From Candidatus Buchananbacteria bacterium (lineage in GTDB: Bacteria; Patescibacteriota; Patescibacteriia; 2-01-FULL-39-33): 64,000 bases of DNA. The translations under genes were made by a program, and so were the position numbers. Positions within the stretch are counted from its first letter, which is position 1. Each line of letters begins with the position of its first letter. The notes beneath the pieces are model-generated. The model was not told the DNA's origin, did no database searches, and worked only from the letters and a program-made list of their open reading frames with translations. The stretch covers positions 5,183 to 69,182 of the forward strand of contig JBAYJM010000003.1 of the NCBI GenBank assembly GCA_041665065.1, written 5' to 3'. Positions 20,772-30,179 of the stretch are shown one piece after another.

Positions 20772-21299
20772 TTATTTGAAAATAGACTGCATTTTTATCA
20801 TAGCTTCAGGCAATGCCCAACCACTCATATAAGCAACCGACGATACTAAAAAATTTGCCACCTGGGAGTGTGCTAAATTATTGGAGATAAAAGGAATGTC
20901 TGGAGCAATTTTTGCGATGACATATATCAGTAAGCCAGTCACTAATATGCCCTCAGCTAAACCTAAAATCAAACCGGCCAACCGATTTAATGTTTTTAAA
21001 AATGGTATAAATGATATCAAGTCAAAAAGCTTTCCAATTAAGAGAAAAGCTATTGCGATAACCCTGTTTATGAGAATAAATAAAATTAGAAAAGCAATAA
21101 CTCGCGCAGCAACCGGATGACCCCCGATAAATGGCGTGAGCCAATCGCCAAATTGCCCAAAATACCTGCTTGCCACCCAAGCACCGGCAAAGAAACCAAT
21201 AATAGCGCCGACTGTTCTTATAAAGCCGGCAAAGAAACCGCCAATAGTAAAAGCCAGTACGATGACCAAGAGAATTACGTCAGTTAACGTAAACGCCAT
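20772..21299 (-). CDS. cvpA: CvpA family membrane protein
   Basis: D-x-I start, GFIR, LNRLAGLILGLAEG, four TM segments. Confidence 0.85.
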   Translation of the reverse strand: MAFTLTDVILLVIVLAFTIGGFFAGFIRTVGAIIGFFAGAWVASRYFGQFGDWLTPFIGGHPVAARVIAFLILFILINRVIAIAFLLIGKLFDLISFIPFLKTLNRLAGLILGLAEGILVTGLLIYVIAKIAPDIPFISNNLAHSQVANFLVSSVAYMSGWALPEAMIKMQSIFK

Positions 21300-21305
21300 A
21301 TTATT

Positions 21306-22814
21306 TTAATTAATGTTTAGCCTTGGAAATAAAGCCTCATTTTTCTTAATTACCGTTTTCGGCATTAACCTCCCCCACTCCTTTAAATCATTGATTGAGT
21401 AATTTGTAAAATCTTCCTGCCCTAATGAGATTAAAATTTTAGTTGCAGTATCTGGCATAATTGGATAAAGCATGATCCCTAGGTTTCTTATTACCTCAAG
21501 TAAATTATAAATTACCTTAGCCAGGGCCACATTATCTGATTTAGCCAGTTGCCAGGGCTTATTTTTTTCAACATAACCGTCTGCCAGAGCATTAAGTTCT
21601 TTTATGGCGGAAATGGCGTCATAGACATTAAAACTTTCCATAGCTGAGTCATAGCGCTGCCAAATTTTTGAAACATCAAGTTTTAGTTCATCATTTTTTG
21701 CAGGAACGCTTCCTTCAAAATATTTTTCACTCATTGCGGCTACCCTGCTTACTAAATTACCGATTCCATTTGCTAAATCCGAATTGTATTGGATTGAAAA
21801 ATTACCCAGCTTTATATCACCATCCTGGCCAAAAGGAAATTGTGAAAGCAACAAATAACGCGTTGCGTCAGTGCCAAATTCTTTAATTAAATCATGGGGG
21901 TCAATAATATTGCCAATTGACTTTCCCATTTTTTGTCCATCAACAGTAAACCAACCGTGGGCAAAAATGTTTTTAGGCATTGGCAAACCAACAGCAAAAA
22001 GAATGGCCGGCCAAAAAATACAGTGGAATTTAATTATTTCTTTGCCAACCAAATGCAATTCTGCCGGCCAAAATTTTCTGAAATTAATATCTTCCGCAGA
22101 CCCGTAACCCAAAGCAGTAACGTAATTCATAAGGGCGTCGACCCAAACATAAGCAACCTGATTTTGATCCCATGGCAATGGAATTCCCCATTTAAGCGAC
22201 TGCCTTGAAATAGAAAAATCCGGAATATCCTGCTTAAATAAACCCAAAACCTCTTTGCGTCTTATTTGAGGAATTACCTTAAGTGATCCGTCATCAATCG
22301 CCTTTTCGATTTCTGGCAAATATTTTTTAAGATTAAAAAAATAATTTTTTTCGTGAATAAACTGGGGCTTTTTTTTATGAATAGGACAAAGGCCGTCTAC
22401 GAGCTCTTTTTCTGTCACAAAGGCCTCACAGCCTTGGCAATAATATCCTTCATATTCCCCCTCATAAATAGCACCCACCTCTTTTAATTGAACAAGTAAT
22501 TTGTTCACTCCATCCCGATGTCTGATAGAAGTAGTTCTGATAAAATCATCATTGGATATATCCAGCTCATCCCAAACAAACTGATATTTTGCGGCAATTT
22601 CATCACAAAACTCCTGAAGCTCCTTGCCTGCCTTTTGGGCTGCTTCAGCAATTTTAGCGCCGTGCTCATCCAGCCCCGTTAAAAAATAGACTTCCTCACC
22701 TTTTAGTCTGTGATATCGTGCCAAAACATCAGCCGCAATGGTGGGATATGAATGCCCTATGTGCGGTTCGGCATTGCTATAATATATTGGAGTTGTTATG
22801 TAAAATTTTTCCAT
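21306..22814 (-). CDS. metG: Methionine-tRNA ligase
   Basis: YITTPIYY, HIGH, GLDEHG, YVWVDAL, KMGKS. Confidence 0.97.
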   Translation of the reverse strand: MEKFYITTPIYYSNAEPHIGHSYPTIAADVLARYHRLKGEEVYFLTGLDEHGAKIAEAAQKAGKELQEFCDEIAAKYQFVWDELDISNDDFIRTTSIRHRDGVNKLLVQLKEVGAIYEGEYEGYYCQGCEAFVTEKELVDGLCPIHKKKPQFIHEKNYFFNLKKYLPEIEKAIDDGSLKVIPQIRRKEVLGLFKQDIPDFSISRQSLKWGIPLPWDQNQVAYVWVDALMNYVTALGYGSAEDINFRKFWPAELHLVGKEIIKFHCIFWPAILFAVGLPMPKNIFAHGWFTVDGQKMGKSIGNIIDPHDLIKEFGTDATRYLLLSQFPFGQDGDIKLGNFSIQYNSDLANGIGNLVSRVAAMSEKYFEGSVPAKNDELKLDVSKIWQRYDSAMESFNVYDAISAIKELNALADGYVEKNKPWQLAKSDNVALAKVIYNLLEVIRNLGIMLYPIMPDTATKILISLGQEDFTNYSINDLKEWGRLMPKTVIKKNEALFPRLNIN

Positions 22815-22865
22815 AAAATTTAAGATGTGATTCTAATATTATAATAAAATGGGATAAAATTCAAG

Positions 22866-23561
22866 TTATTTGAGTCCAGAGACCATTACGACAAATTCCC
22901 CCTTCACAATGCCGTCTTTCAGCTGATTTAGCACCTGTAAAATATTTCCCCTATATATGGATTCAAACTTTTTGGTTAATTCCCTGCAAACAACAATCTT
23001 TCTTTTCTGGTCCAGGATTACTGACAACTGCTCTAGGGTTTTGAGTATCCGATGAGTAGATTCGTAAAAAACCGTGGTTATTTCTGTATTATTAATCTGC
23101 TTCAAAATTGTTTCTCGACCCTTTTTGTGGGGTAAAAATCCTAAAAATAAAAATTTATCTGTTGGCAATCCTGAAATCGATAATGCCGCAGTAACTGCAG
23201 CCGGCCCAGGTATTGGTATAATTTTACAATCTCCCCCACTAATGCTTAAAACCTCATCAATTAATTTGTTGCCCGGGTCCGATATTCCAGGCGTTCCAGC
23301 ATCAGTAATTAGCGCAGCATCACTATTTCTTAAGATTTTTATAAGCTCAGAAATCTTATTTTGACTGCTATGCTGATGATAAGAAATTAATTTAGACTTG
23401 ATACTAAAATGATTTAATAAATTTGAAGACACGCGAGTATCTTCGCAAAAAATATAGTTAACTTCTCTTAAAGTTTCCAGTGCTCGGAGAGTAACATCGT
23501 TTAAGTTTCCTAACGGTGTGGCTACGATATATAAATTGTGCCAATCATTTTGCCTGTCCAT
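22866..23561 (-). CDS. rsmI: 16S rRNA C1402 2'-O-methyltransferase
   Basis: LYIVATPLGN, CEDTR, DAGTPGISDPG, RELTKKFE. Confidence 0.95.
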   Translation of the reverse strand: MDRQNDWHNLYIVATPLGNLNDVTLRALETLREVNYIFCEDTRVSSNLLNHFSIKSKLISYHQHSSQNKISELIKILRNSDAALITDAGTPGISDPGNKLIDEVLSISGGDCKIIPIPGPAAVTAALSISGLPTDKFLFLGFLPHKKGRETILKQINNTEITTVFYESTHRILKTLEQLSVILDQKRKIVVCRELTKKFESIYRGNILQVLNQLKDGIVKGEFVVMVSGLK

Positions 23562-23568
23562 AAAAACA

Positions 23569-24750
23569 TTATGACTTTTTAATCTTCTGCCTTTTAAACT
23601 CCCGCTCTTTTAATGATGCCCGCCTAGCCATCATAAGCTCTTCATCAGCAGGTACGACAAATGACTTGATCTTTCCTAAAAATTTAATTTCCTTCAATAT
23701 AAGATTTCTGACAACGGGGCTTCTTTCTCCGATTCCGCCAGTGAACACCACAGCATCAGCTCCCTTCATTATGGTAATAAATTGTCCGACATAGCGAACT
23801 ATGTCATATATAAACATTTTTAGTGCGAGCGTGCATTTTTCCCTTTCGATTTTTGTAAAATTTTTGTTCATTACATAGCCATAAACCTTGTGGCCAGAAG
23901 CTGTTAAGATTTCTCTCATATCCATCGTACCAGCTACTCCCAACAAACCAGATTGCTTATTAAAAAGAATACTAATTTCTTCGGTCTTCATTTTACAGCG
24001 CTCAATTAAAAATAGCGGGATGCTGGCATCCAAGTCTCCAGCTCGAGTAGACATTGTTAAGCCTTCAAGCGGAGTAAATCCCATAGTCGTATCAACAGCT
24101 TTCCCATTTTTAGTAGCCGTAATACTGCAACCGCTTCCAAGATGACAACTTATTATCTTTAACTTTTCAATGGGTTTTTTTAATTTTTTAGCCGCCTCAA
24201 GCGCGCAATATTGATGAGAAATGCCATGAAAGCCATAACGCCTTATTCCGTAAACACTATTATATTTTTCAGGCAAAGCGTAAAGACATGCATATTCCGG
24301 CATACTTTTATAGTAGTCAGTATCAAAAACGGCGTATTCTTTGGCTTCTGGAAGCAATCTAAGCGCCTGCTCAATGCACATTATATTAATAGGATTATGC
24401 AACGGAGCAAGGTAATTAAATTTTTTTAATTCATTTATTTTTATATTATCAACCAGAGTGGCTTCGGTAAATTGCGTTCCTCCATGTACAACGCGGTGAG
24501 CAACAATTTTTATTTCAGGCAGATATTTTTTTAAAGCCGAAATAACTTGCTCAAAAGCTTCGCCATGATTTTTTAATCCAGCGCGAAATTTTTTGTTAGT
24601 AATTGATCCATTTGATTTTACAACAATAAATGATCCATCTATTCCTATTCTCTCCACTATGCCAACCGCTTCCTCGACAAGATTAGGCAAAGAAAACACC
24701 TTGAATTTCAAGGTGGCGCTCCCGGAATTTATAACTAATATTTTATCCAT
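23569..24750 (-). CDS. ackA: Acetate kinase
   Basis: INSGSATLK, HRVVHGG, APLHNP, YGFHGISH, TMGFTPLEG, FTGGIGE. Confidence 0.95.
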   Translation of the reverse strand: MDKILVINSGSATLKFKVFSLPNLVEEAVGIVERIGIDGSFIVVKSNGSITNKKFRAGLKNHGEAFEQVISALKKYLPEIKIVAHRVVHGGTQFTEATLVDNIKINELKKFNYLAPLHNPINIMCIEQALRLLPEAKEYAVFDTDYYKSMPEYACLYALPEKYNSVYGIRRYGFHGISHQYCALEAAKKLKKPIEKLKIISCHLGSGCSITATKNGKAVDTTMGFTPLEGLTMSTRAGDLDASIPLFLIERCKMKTEEISILFNKQSGLLGVAGTMDMREILTASGHKVYGYVMNKNFTKIEREKCTLALKMFIYDIVRYVGQFITIMKGADAVVFTGGIGERSPVVRNLILKEIKFLGKIKSFVVPADEELMMARRASLKEREFKRQKIKKS

Positions 24751-25333
24751 TTTTAATTGTTGTTATTATTATTTGTCCCTTACTGCATACACCGTCGGGC
24801 AATGAAGCGTTTCCCTCATCGGTGTCAATATGCATAAAAAATTTAAAATTTTTATTTATTCTTACTTCAACGTCCTCAAAAATCACACTGCGATTACCCG
24901 GAGTTTTTACGGATATTAAACTTTTTTCAGTTAAGCTCATTTTTTTTGCCATAACCAAGTCACAATGAATATGGCGCTTTGCAATTATTATCCCCTCTTT
25001 AATTCTGACAGTTCCCTTGGGGCCTATCACCGTTCCACCGACAGATCCTCGCAAATCACCTGAGAGCCGCAATGGCGGTTTTATTCCTAATTTACGAGCA
25101 TCTGTCATTGACAGTTCAATCTGCGTTTTTTCTCTAACGGGACCGAGAATCCTCAAATTATTAATTTCACCAGTCTCCGTTCTTAGAGTTACAATTTCCT
25201 GGGCCGCAAATTGGCCAGTCTGAGACATAGCCTTTTTAAAAGTTAACTCATAATTTACGCCGAAAAGCGTATTTAAATCCTTTTGTGATAGATGACAGTG
25301 CCTGGCTGACACTTCTATGACAATCTGTTCCAT
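24743..25333 (-). CDS. pduL: PduL-type phosphate acyltransferase
   Basis: VSARHCHL, GQFAA, LRLSGD, RHIH, HIDTDEGNA. Confidence 0.93.
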   Translation of the reverse strand: MEQIVIEVSARHCHLSQKDLNTLFGVNYELTFKKAMSQTGQFAAQEIVTLRTETGEINNLRILGPVREKTQIELSMTDARKLGIKPPLRLSGDLRGSVGGTVIGPKGTVRIKEGIIIAKRHIHCDLVMAKKMSLTEKSLISVKTPGNRSVIFEDVEVRINKNFKFFMHIDTDEGNASLPDGVCSKGQIIITTIKNG

Positions 25334-25372
25334 ATAATTATTGATTTACTGTATTTTATCACATTCCAAAGA

Positions 25373-25407
25373 ATAAAAAAAGCGCCCCAAAGGGGGCGCT
25401 TTTTTAT
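25373..25407 (-). terminator. Intrinsic terminator
   Basis: AAAAAAAGCGCCCC-AAAG-GGGGCGCTTTTTT. Confidence 0.85.
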
Positions 25408-25412
25408 AGAAG

Positions 25413-26282
25413 CTATTTAACTTGAGTCGGAGTCGACGTAGCCACAGGAGGCGTAATAATTTTATTTTTACTTAAATCTTTGTAAGTACCCATTAATTCA
25501 ACATTTGTAAAAATATATGTTCCATCCTTGGCAACGGTACCAACCTGTTTCCAAAGATCAGCTAAGTTGCCATATTCAGATACTTCTCCGCTAACCAAAA
25601 CCGTTGGAGCTAATTTAATCCCATATTTAGTTATTAATGCCTTGCCTTCAGCGCTAGAAATATCAATCACCCTCCGGTCTGATGTAGGAACCGCTAAATT
25701 TTTTAATGCATTTTCATGAAGCATGACATCATAACATTTAGGACAAGAGCTGTCTGTTAAATAAGTGATCTGAACGCGACCCCTCAATTGTCCAGAAGCG
25801 ACATCAACATACGGAGGAATCACTTGTCTAAATATAAAAGTATTTCCATCTATATCACCTAGAGCCTGCCAAAATGGCTGTAAATTGGCATCCCTATTTA
25901 AATCACCCTCTATTATCAAGGATGGAATTTTTGTAATTTTATATTTTTTCACCAAATCCTTTCCCTTTCCACTGTCATAATATAAAGTTGAAGTTGATGA
26001 TATTTTTACATTGTACTGGGACAATGCATTGGTAAATAAAGAAACATCCCAGCATTCTGGGCAATCCTTTTTTGTAATAATAGTCACTTTTAACTTTGCT
26101 GGGCTTTCAGTATTTCCGTTGCTAGCTCCCTTTCTAAAAAATCCCGGCCAAGCAAAAATTAAAATCAATACGACAATAATAATTGCAATTATAATTCCAA
26201 CTGTCGCTCCTCTTGAAAACATTTTTTTCTTTTCTTCCCCTTCGGTATTTTTTTTAAAAAAATTAAACAGCTTTTTAATCAT
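25413..26282 (-). CDS. Membrane-anchored protein with two thioredoxin-like CxxC domains
   Basis: TM helix then duplicated domain (CPECWD...KYKITKIPS; CPKCYD...KYGIKLAPT). Confidence 0.7.
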   Translation of the reverse strand: MIKKLFNFFKKNTEGEEKKKMFSRGATVGIIIAIIIVVLILIFAWPGFFRKGASNGNTESPAKLKVTIITKKDCPECWDVSLFTNALSQYNVKISSTSTLYYDSGKGKDLVKKYKITKIPSLIIEGDLNRDANLQPFWQALGDIDGNTFIFRQVIPPYVDVASGQLRGRVQITYLTDSSCPKCYDVMLHENALKNLAVPTSDRRVIDISSAEGKALITKYGIKLAPTVLVSGEVSEYGNLADLWKQVGTVAKDGTYIFTNVELMGTYKDLSKNKIITPPVATSTPTQVK

Positions 26283-26388
26283 ATTGAATTATTAGCTTAA
26301 TTACTTAATTATAAGATTAATTATAATACAAATTTTAAAATTTGCAAAATGTTCTAACCCCTAAACTATGAGCCCTTTGGATAATTAT

Positions 26389-26462
26389 TGGACTCAGGGG
26401 GAATCGAACCCCCGACCTCGGCAATGCGAATGCCGCGCTCTAGCCAACTGAGCTACGAGCCC
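26389..26462 (-). tRNA. tRNA-Ala(CGC), CCA not encoded
   Basis: GGGCTCG acceptor with G3:U70, anticodon arm CGGCA-TTCGCAT-TGCCG, GGTTCGATTCC T-arm. Confidence 0.95.
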
Positions 26463-26549
26463 TCTTAAAACATCCCTAATATTTTCTCATTTTAGACTAA
26501 ATTTGTCAATTTTAAAAACCGCTTAATCCTCTACAACACACATACAAAA

Positions 26550-27011
26550 TCAATAATGATAATTTTTTCCTTGTATTATAGTAATTCCGCGATAAATCTG
26601 CTCTAATAAAAAAACTCGCGCCATTTCATGAGTAAAAGTCATTTTTGAAAGAGCCACTTTTTTATAAGGCAAAGATAAGATGCTTTCAGCCAATCCCAAA
26701 GTGCCACCGATTATAAAAGTCAATCCTTTATCAGCACCCATTAATTCCTTGGCAAAATCATCAGAGGTAAATTCAACCCCCCTTTCATCCAAAATCATTA
26801 TTTTATTTTCAACCTTTTTTATTCTGCCAAGCAGCTTATCCGCCTCAACGACCTTAACCCTAATTTTATCCCCATTATCATGAAAAGATTCCGCTTCTAT
26901 TTCGTCAATTTTTAACTTAACAAACGGCGAAAGTCTTTTTTGGTAATCCTCAGAAATTGATTTTAAAAATTTATTTTTTATTTTTCCTACTGCAACTATT
27001 TTTACATTCAT
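26550..27011 (-). CDS. rlmH: 23S rRNA pseudouridine-1915 N3-methyltransferase
   Basis: IVAVGK, LDERG, IIGGTLG, MTFTHEMAR, EQIYR, YH end. Confidence 0.95.
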   Translation of the reverse strand: MNVKIVAVGKIKNKFLKSISEDYQKRLSPFVKLKIDEIEAESFHDNGDKIRVKVVEADKLLGRIKKVENKIMILDERGVEFTSDDFAKELMGADKGLTFIIGGTLGLAESILSLPYKKVALSKMTFTHEMARVFLLEQIYRGITIIQGKNYHY

Positions 27012-27080
27012 ATGCATCATTATACCAATAAATAAAACAAAGGCAAGTACTGTGTCCGTGCTCTTTAATGCGAACTTTGA

Positions 27081-27257
27081 CTATGAAAAATTGATAACTT
27101 CTTGCCGTCCTTCAACACCAATACCAGAATACCCCGAGACTTGTTCAATTAAAAAAGTTTTTATTTGCTTTTTTCTATTCTTATCAAGGCCTGCAATTTT
27201 CCCGGCCCTTCTTAATTTTTTGACAACCTGAGAAAGAGAATTATCCTGAGTTTTCAT
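27081..27257 (-). CDS. 58-aa basic ORF directly downstream of ECF sigma (not in ORF track)
   Basis: Hand translation MKTQDNSLSQVVKKLRRAGKIAGLDKNRKKQIKTFLIEQVSGYSGIGVEGRQEVINFS; ATG 5 nt after sigma stop. Confidence 0.55.
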   Translation of the reverse strand: MKTQDNSLSQVVKKLRRAGKIAGLDKNRKKQIKTFLIEQVSGYSGIGVEGRQEVINFS

Positions 27258-27262
27258 ATCGA

Positions 27263-27781
27263 TTAAATATATTTACTAAGTTTTTTTAAAGACTTATAAA
27301 TACGGACGGAAATATTATTGGGGTTTGTATGAAAAATCTCCGCAATCTCTTTGGGACTCATTCCCCTAATATACCTCATTATTAAAATATCTTGACTATC
27401 GGGACTCAATTTATTCATCAATTGATACATCTCGCCTAAAAGAGTCCTGGTCTCCAATATGTTTTTTCCATCATAAGACGGTTCATCAAAGCTATTTTGA
27501 CCAGAGAACATTGTGTGTTCAATATTTTGCCTTACCTTGTTGCGCCTGCTTAAATCTATTATTAAATTTCTAGCTATTTGATAAAGAAGAGCCTGCTCAT
27601 TTAGAATGATTTTTCCGCTAGCCAAGTATTTCCACACTCTCATAAAAGCTTCTTGCATCAATTCCTCAGCTAGTTGTCTTGAATAGACTCTAAAAAAACA
27701 ATATCTATAAATTGCATCCGCATATTTTTCATAGATATTTATAAATTTTATTTTTAATTGATCAGCCATTGGATTAGTCAT
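27263..27781 (-). CDS. ECF RNA polymerase sigma factor
   Basis: Region 2 AIYRYCFFRV, AEELMQEAF, LYQIARNLIID; region 4 SPKEIAEIF, VRIYKSLKKL. Confidence 0.92.
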   Translation of the reverse strand: MTNPMADQLKIKFINIYEKYADAIYRYCFFRVYSRQLAEELMQEAFMRVWKYLASGKIILNEQALLYQIARNLIIDLSRRNKVRQNIEHTMFSGQNSFDEPSYDGKNILETRTLLGEMYQLMNKLSPDSQDILIMRYIRGMSPKEIAEIFHTNPNNISVRIYKSLKKLSKYI

Positions 27782-27946
27782 ATAAAATTATTAATTACGA
27801 AGGGTTTTATACGTAAAAATTTTAATAAACTAAAATTAAATCAGGATGAAGTATGTGCTAAAATTATTACCTTACTTAAATTTAGAACATAAACTTTTTT
27901 ATTCCCGTAAATTTAAATCGTTTCTAAAAATAATATTAAAAAAACA

Positions 27947-28007
27947 TTGACAGGACTTTATTTCTTTGATATTGTGCTCCCGCGGTGAACAAAATCTTAT
28001 TGTTCAC
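27947..28007 (+). promoter_or_regulatory. Sigma70 promoter followed by an 8-bp inverted repeat (operator or 5' hairpin)
   Basis: TTGACA-17 nt-TATTGT with extended TG; GTGAACAA-N7-TTGTTCAC at 27985-28007. Confidence 0.55.
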
Positions 28008-28027
28008 TTTAAAAATAATAAATAAAA

Positions 28028-29281
28028 ATGAAAAAAACATATCTTATCATCGCAGGGATAATGCTTGCCACCGCCGCCGTATTGTCCTCTTATTTTATAG
28101 CTCCGGCAAATTCAACTTCAAATAATAAAATTACTGAGGATAAAAATTTACAAAGTTTATTTGTAGACCAAACGTCAGATGCATCTTACTTTTTGGAGCC
28201 CCAGAGCTATAGCCAAATTCCAGACAGTACAGTGACTATTCATCCAGCGACCGGAGGCAGTACCGCAACTAAAATTGCCATACTTATTCCTCAAACCCAT
28301 CGCTATCCCGGAAGCAATATATCTGACTCAGTAAATGATTCAGCGGTCATTGCGCAAGGACAAATATATAAAATCATATCCTATCTCGAAAAAGCGGGGG
28401 CCAATACAGTAATGGCGGAAGGAGACCTAGAAGGAAAAATACCCGATGATAAGATTAAAAATCTTTCACAAAAAATTACATTGAAAGAAGAACTTAAAGC
28501 TGAAGTTCAAAAAATTAAAGGATCAGACCAAGGTGAAATCACGCCTCAATTTTATACAGCCGTGGAAAATCTTATTTCATCAATTGATAGAGAAATACTT
28601 CTTGCCGGTGCGCCGTATAAGTTAAAGGCGGAAGGATATAATATAAATCTTTACGGCACAGAAGATCAGAAACTCCTAGATAACTCAGCTGAAATAGTAA
28701 GAAATACGATTTATCTTCAAGACAGGCTATCTGCATTACAAGGAGTAAATACTGTTGGCTTTAGCTTGAGTAAAACAAGTCTTGTTAATCCTGAAAACAA
28801 TTCAACACTTAAAGATAAATTATTAGAACTGTTACAAAATAGAAGCTTGGTTGCAAATACTTCAGATATAGATAATGAACTGAAGATGAACAAAATTAAT
28901 GCGGCGAATAATTCAGACTTAAACGCCTTGCTTGATCAGGCTCAAAACACCTACAATGAAATTAAGGAATTAGACAAACCCCAAACAACAAACTCTTCCG
29001 CTCCATCAAGACAACAAAATCCATATAATAATATTAATGACGTTGGGACAATACAAAATCTCATAAAGGATAACAACGATAAACTTCAGGAGACCGTTGT
29101 TGATCAAAGAAATCAAAGTACAGCAGAAAAGTTTGTTCAGCTACTTTCTGCTCAAAATAAGGATGTTGCCATAATAACATTTGGATCAGAACACCAAGAA
29201 GGGCTAATCCAAGAATTAAATAAAAGAGGTATATCAGTGGTAGATATACTTCCTAATGAAGTCGGTCAGAAAACACAATAA
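28028..29281 (+). CDS. Exported protein with TraB/TIKI/EreA-like motifs
   Basis: Signal peptide; PQTH, VMAEG, QRNQ, TFGSEHQEG in the order of TIKI/TraB catalytic motifs; family call tentative. Confidence 0.6.
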   Translation: MKKTYLIIAGIMLATAAVLSSYFIAPANSTSNNKITEDKNLQSLFVDQTSDASYFLEPQSYSQIPDSTVTIHPATGGSTATKIAILIPQTHRYPGSNISDSVNDSAVIAQGQIYKIISYLEKAGANTVMAEGDLEGKIPDDKIKNLSQKITLKEELKAEVQKIKGSDQGEITPQFYTAVENLISSIDREILLAGAPYKLKAEGYNINLYGTEDQKLLDNSAEIVRNTIYLQDRLSALQGVNTVGFSLSKTSLVNPENNSTLKDKLLELLQNRSLVANTSDIDNELKMNKINAANNSDLNALLDQAQNTYNEIKELDKPQTTNSSAPSRQQNPYNNINDVGTIQNLIKDNNDKLQETVVDQRNQSTAEKFVQLLSAQNKDVAIITFGSEHQEGLIQELNKRGISVVDILPNEVGQKTQ

Positions 29282-29299
29282 ATGTGATCTCAACCAAAC

Positions 29300-29334
29300 A
29301 TAAAACAGTCCGCTACGACGGACTGTTTTATTTT
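29300..29334. terminator. Bidirectional intrinsic terminator
   Basis: TAAAACAGTCCG-CTACGA-CGGACTGTTTTA. Confidence 0.85.
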
Positions 29335-29369
29335 AAGAGATAAACAAGCATGACTTTTGGATATTTTGA

Positions 29370-29981
29370 TTACATTCCTCCACCAAATAACTTATCTAAA
29401 ATAATCAAGTTTCCAAGATTGCCAGTACCCAATCCACTGTTGCCTAAAAGATTACTATTTCCGCCAAATACAGAATTAAGAATTAATAAATTGCCCAGTG
29501 AATTATTGCCAGTTGTTCCAGTGGTTCCAGTACCAAATAGATTTAACCCGGTATCACCGCCAAAGAGCTCATTTAACAAGAACAAATTGCCCAAGTTATT
29601 GCTGCCGTCAGTACTACCTAAAATTCCCGTCCCTAATGTATTATTACCGCCGAAAATAGAATCCAGGATTAATAGATTGCCCAAGGAGCTGTTACCAAGT
29701 ATACTTCCATTGCTAGCAGTGCTTGCCGTAGTGGCTGCGACTGTTCTAACGACGGTATTTGCCGCCTGAGTGGATCTTGGCTTACCAAAAAGATCATCGC
29801 TACCAGAAAACTTAATAACATCGGTATACTGGGATATTTTGCTTGGTCCGGATATTTTTTCATATCCAATTGGTGCAGTCGGTGTTTGTGCCATGGCAGT
29901 CATTGGAGAAATCACACCAACAACCCCCAAAGCCACTACCATGGTGACGGTAGCCAAAGCCAACTTTTTAAATAAAGACAT
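29370..29981 (-). CDS. Secreted protein with four LGNLxxLxxxFGG repeats
   Basis: Signal peptide ending AMA|Q, short domain YEKISGPSKISQY, G/N/T-rich repeat region. Confidence 0.8.
   Translation of the reverse strand: MSLFKKLALATVTMVVALGVVGVISPMTAMAQTPTAPIGYEKISGPSKISQYTDVIKFSGSDDLFGKPRSTQAANTVVRTVAATTASTASNGSILGNSSLGNLLILDSIFGGNNTLGTGILGSTDGSNNLGNLFLLNELFGGDTGLNLFGTGTTGTTGNNSLGNLLILNSVFGGNSNLLGNSGLGTGNLGNLIILDKLFGGGM
29376..29684 (-). repeat. Four peptide-level repeats
   Basis: LGNLLILDSIFGG, LGNLFLLNELFGG, LGNLLILNSVFGG, LGNLIILDKLFGG. Confidence 0.9.
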
Positions 29982-30107
29982 ATATTTATATATTAAAAAA
30001 TTAATAAATTTTTTTTCGACCTTTTGGAATTAAGGATCACTTATTTTGTTTATATAGCTTCTTGATCCTTGCGATAAATTAGACGCCAGTATTTTTTTAT
30101 TATGACT

Positions 30108-30144
30108 AAAAAATCGACTTCATGTAAGATAAATGAAGCCGATT
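30108..30144 (-). terminator. Terminator after fasciclin gene
   Basis: AATCGACTTCAT-N9-ATGAAGCCGATT with U-tract on minus strand. Confidence 0.65.
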
Positions 30145-30179
30145 CATATTTAATTGTTTTTGTCTATTTACTAATATGC

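Noticed and set aside
21184-21239. Direct repeat CCGGCAAAGAAACC twice in cvpA
   Set aside because: Encodes GFFAG twice in TM helices; not an array
26366-26376. CTATGAGCCCT resembling the tRNA-Ala 5' end
   Set aside because: Too short, and att duplications involve the 3' end; probably chance
26550-26600. rlmH 3' end as an SCCmec-like integration site
   Set aside because: No att-like direct repeat or recombinase downstream; only tRNA-Ala follows
29350-29769. Pro/Leu-rich repetitive plus-strand ORF
   Set aside because: Antisense mirror of the Gly/Asn-rich repeat gene, which has the signal peptide
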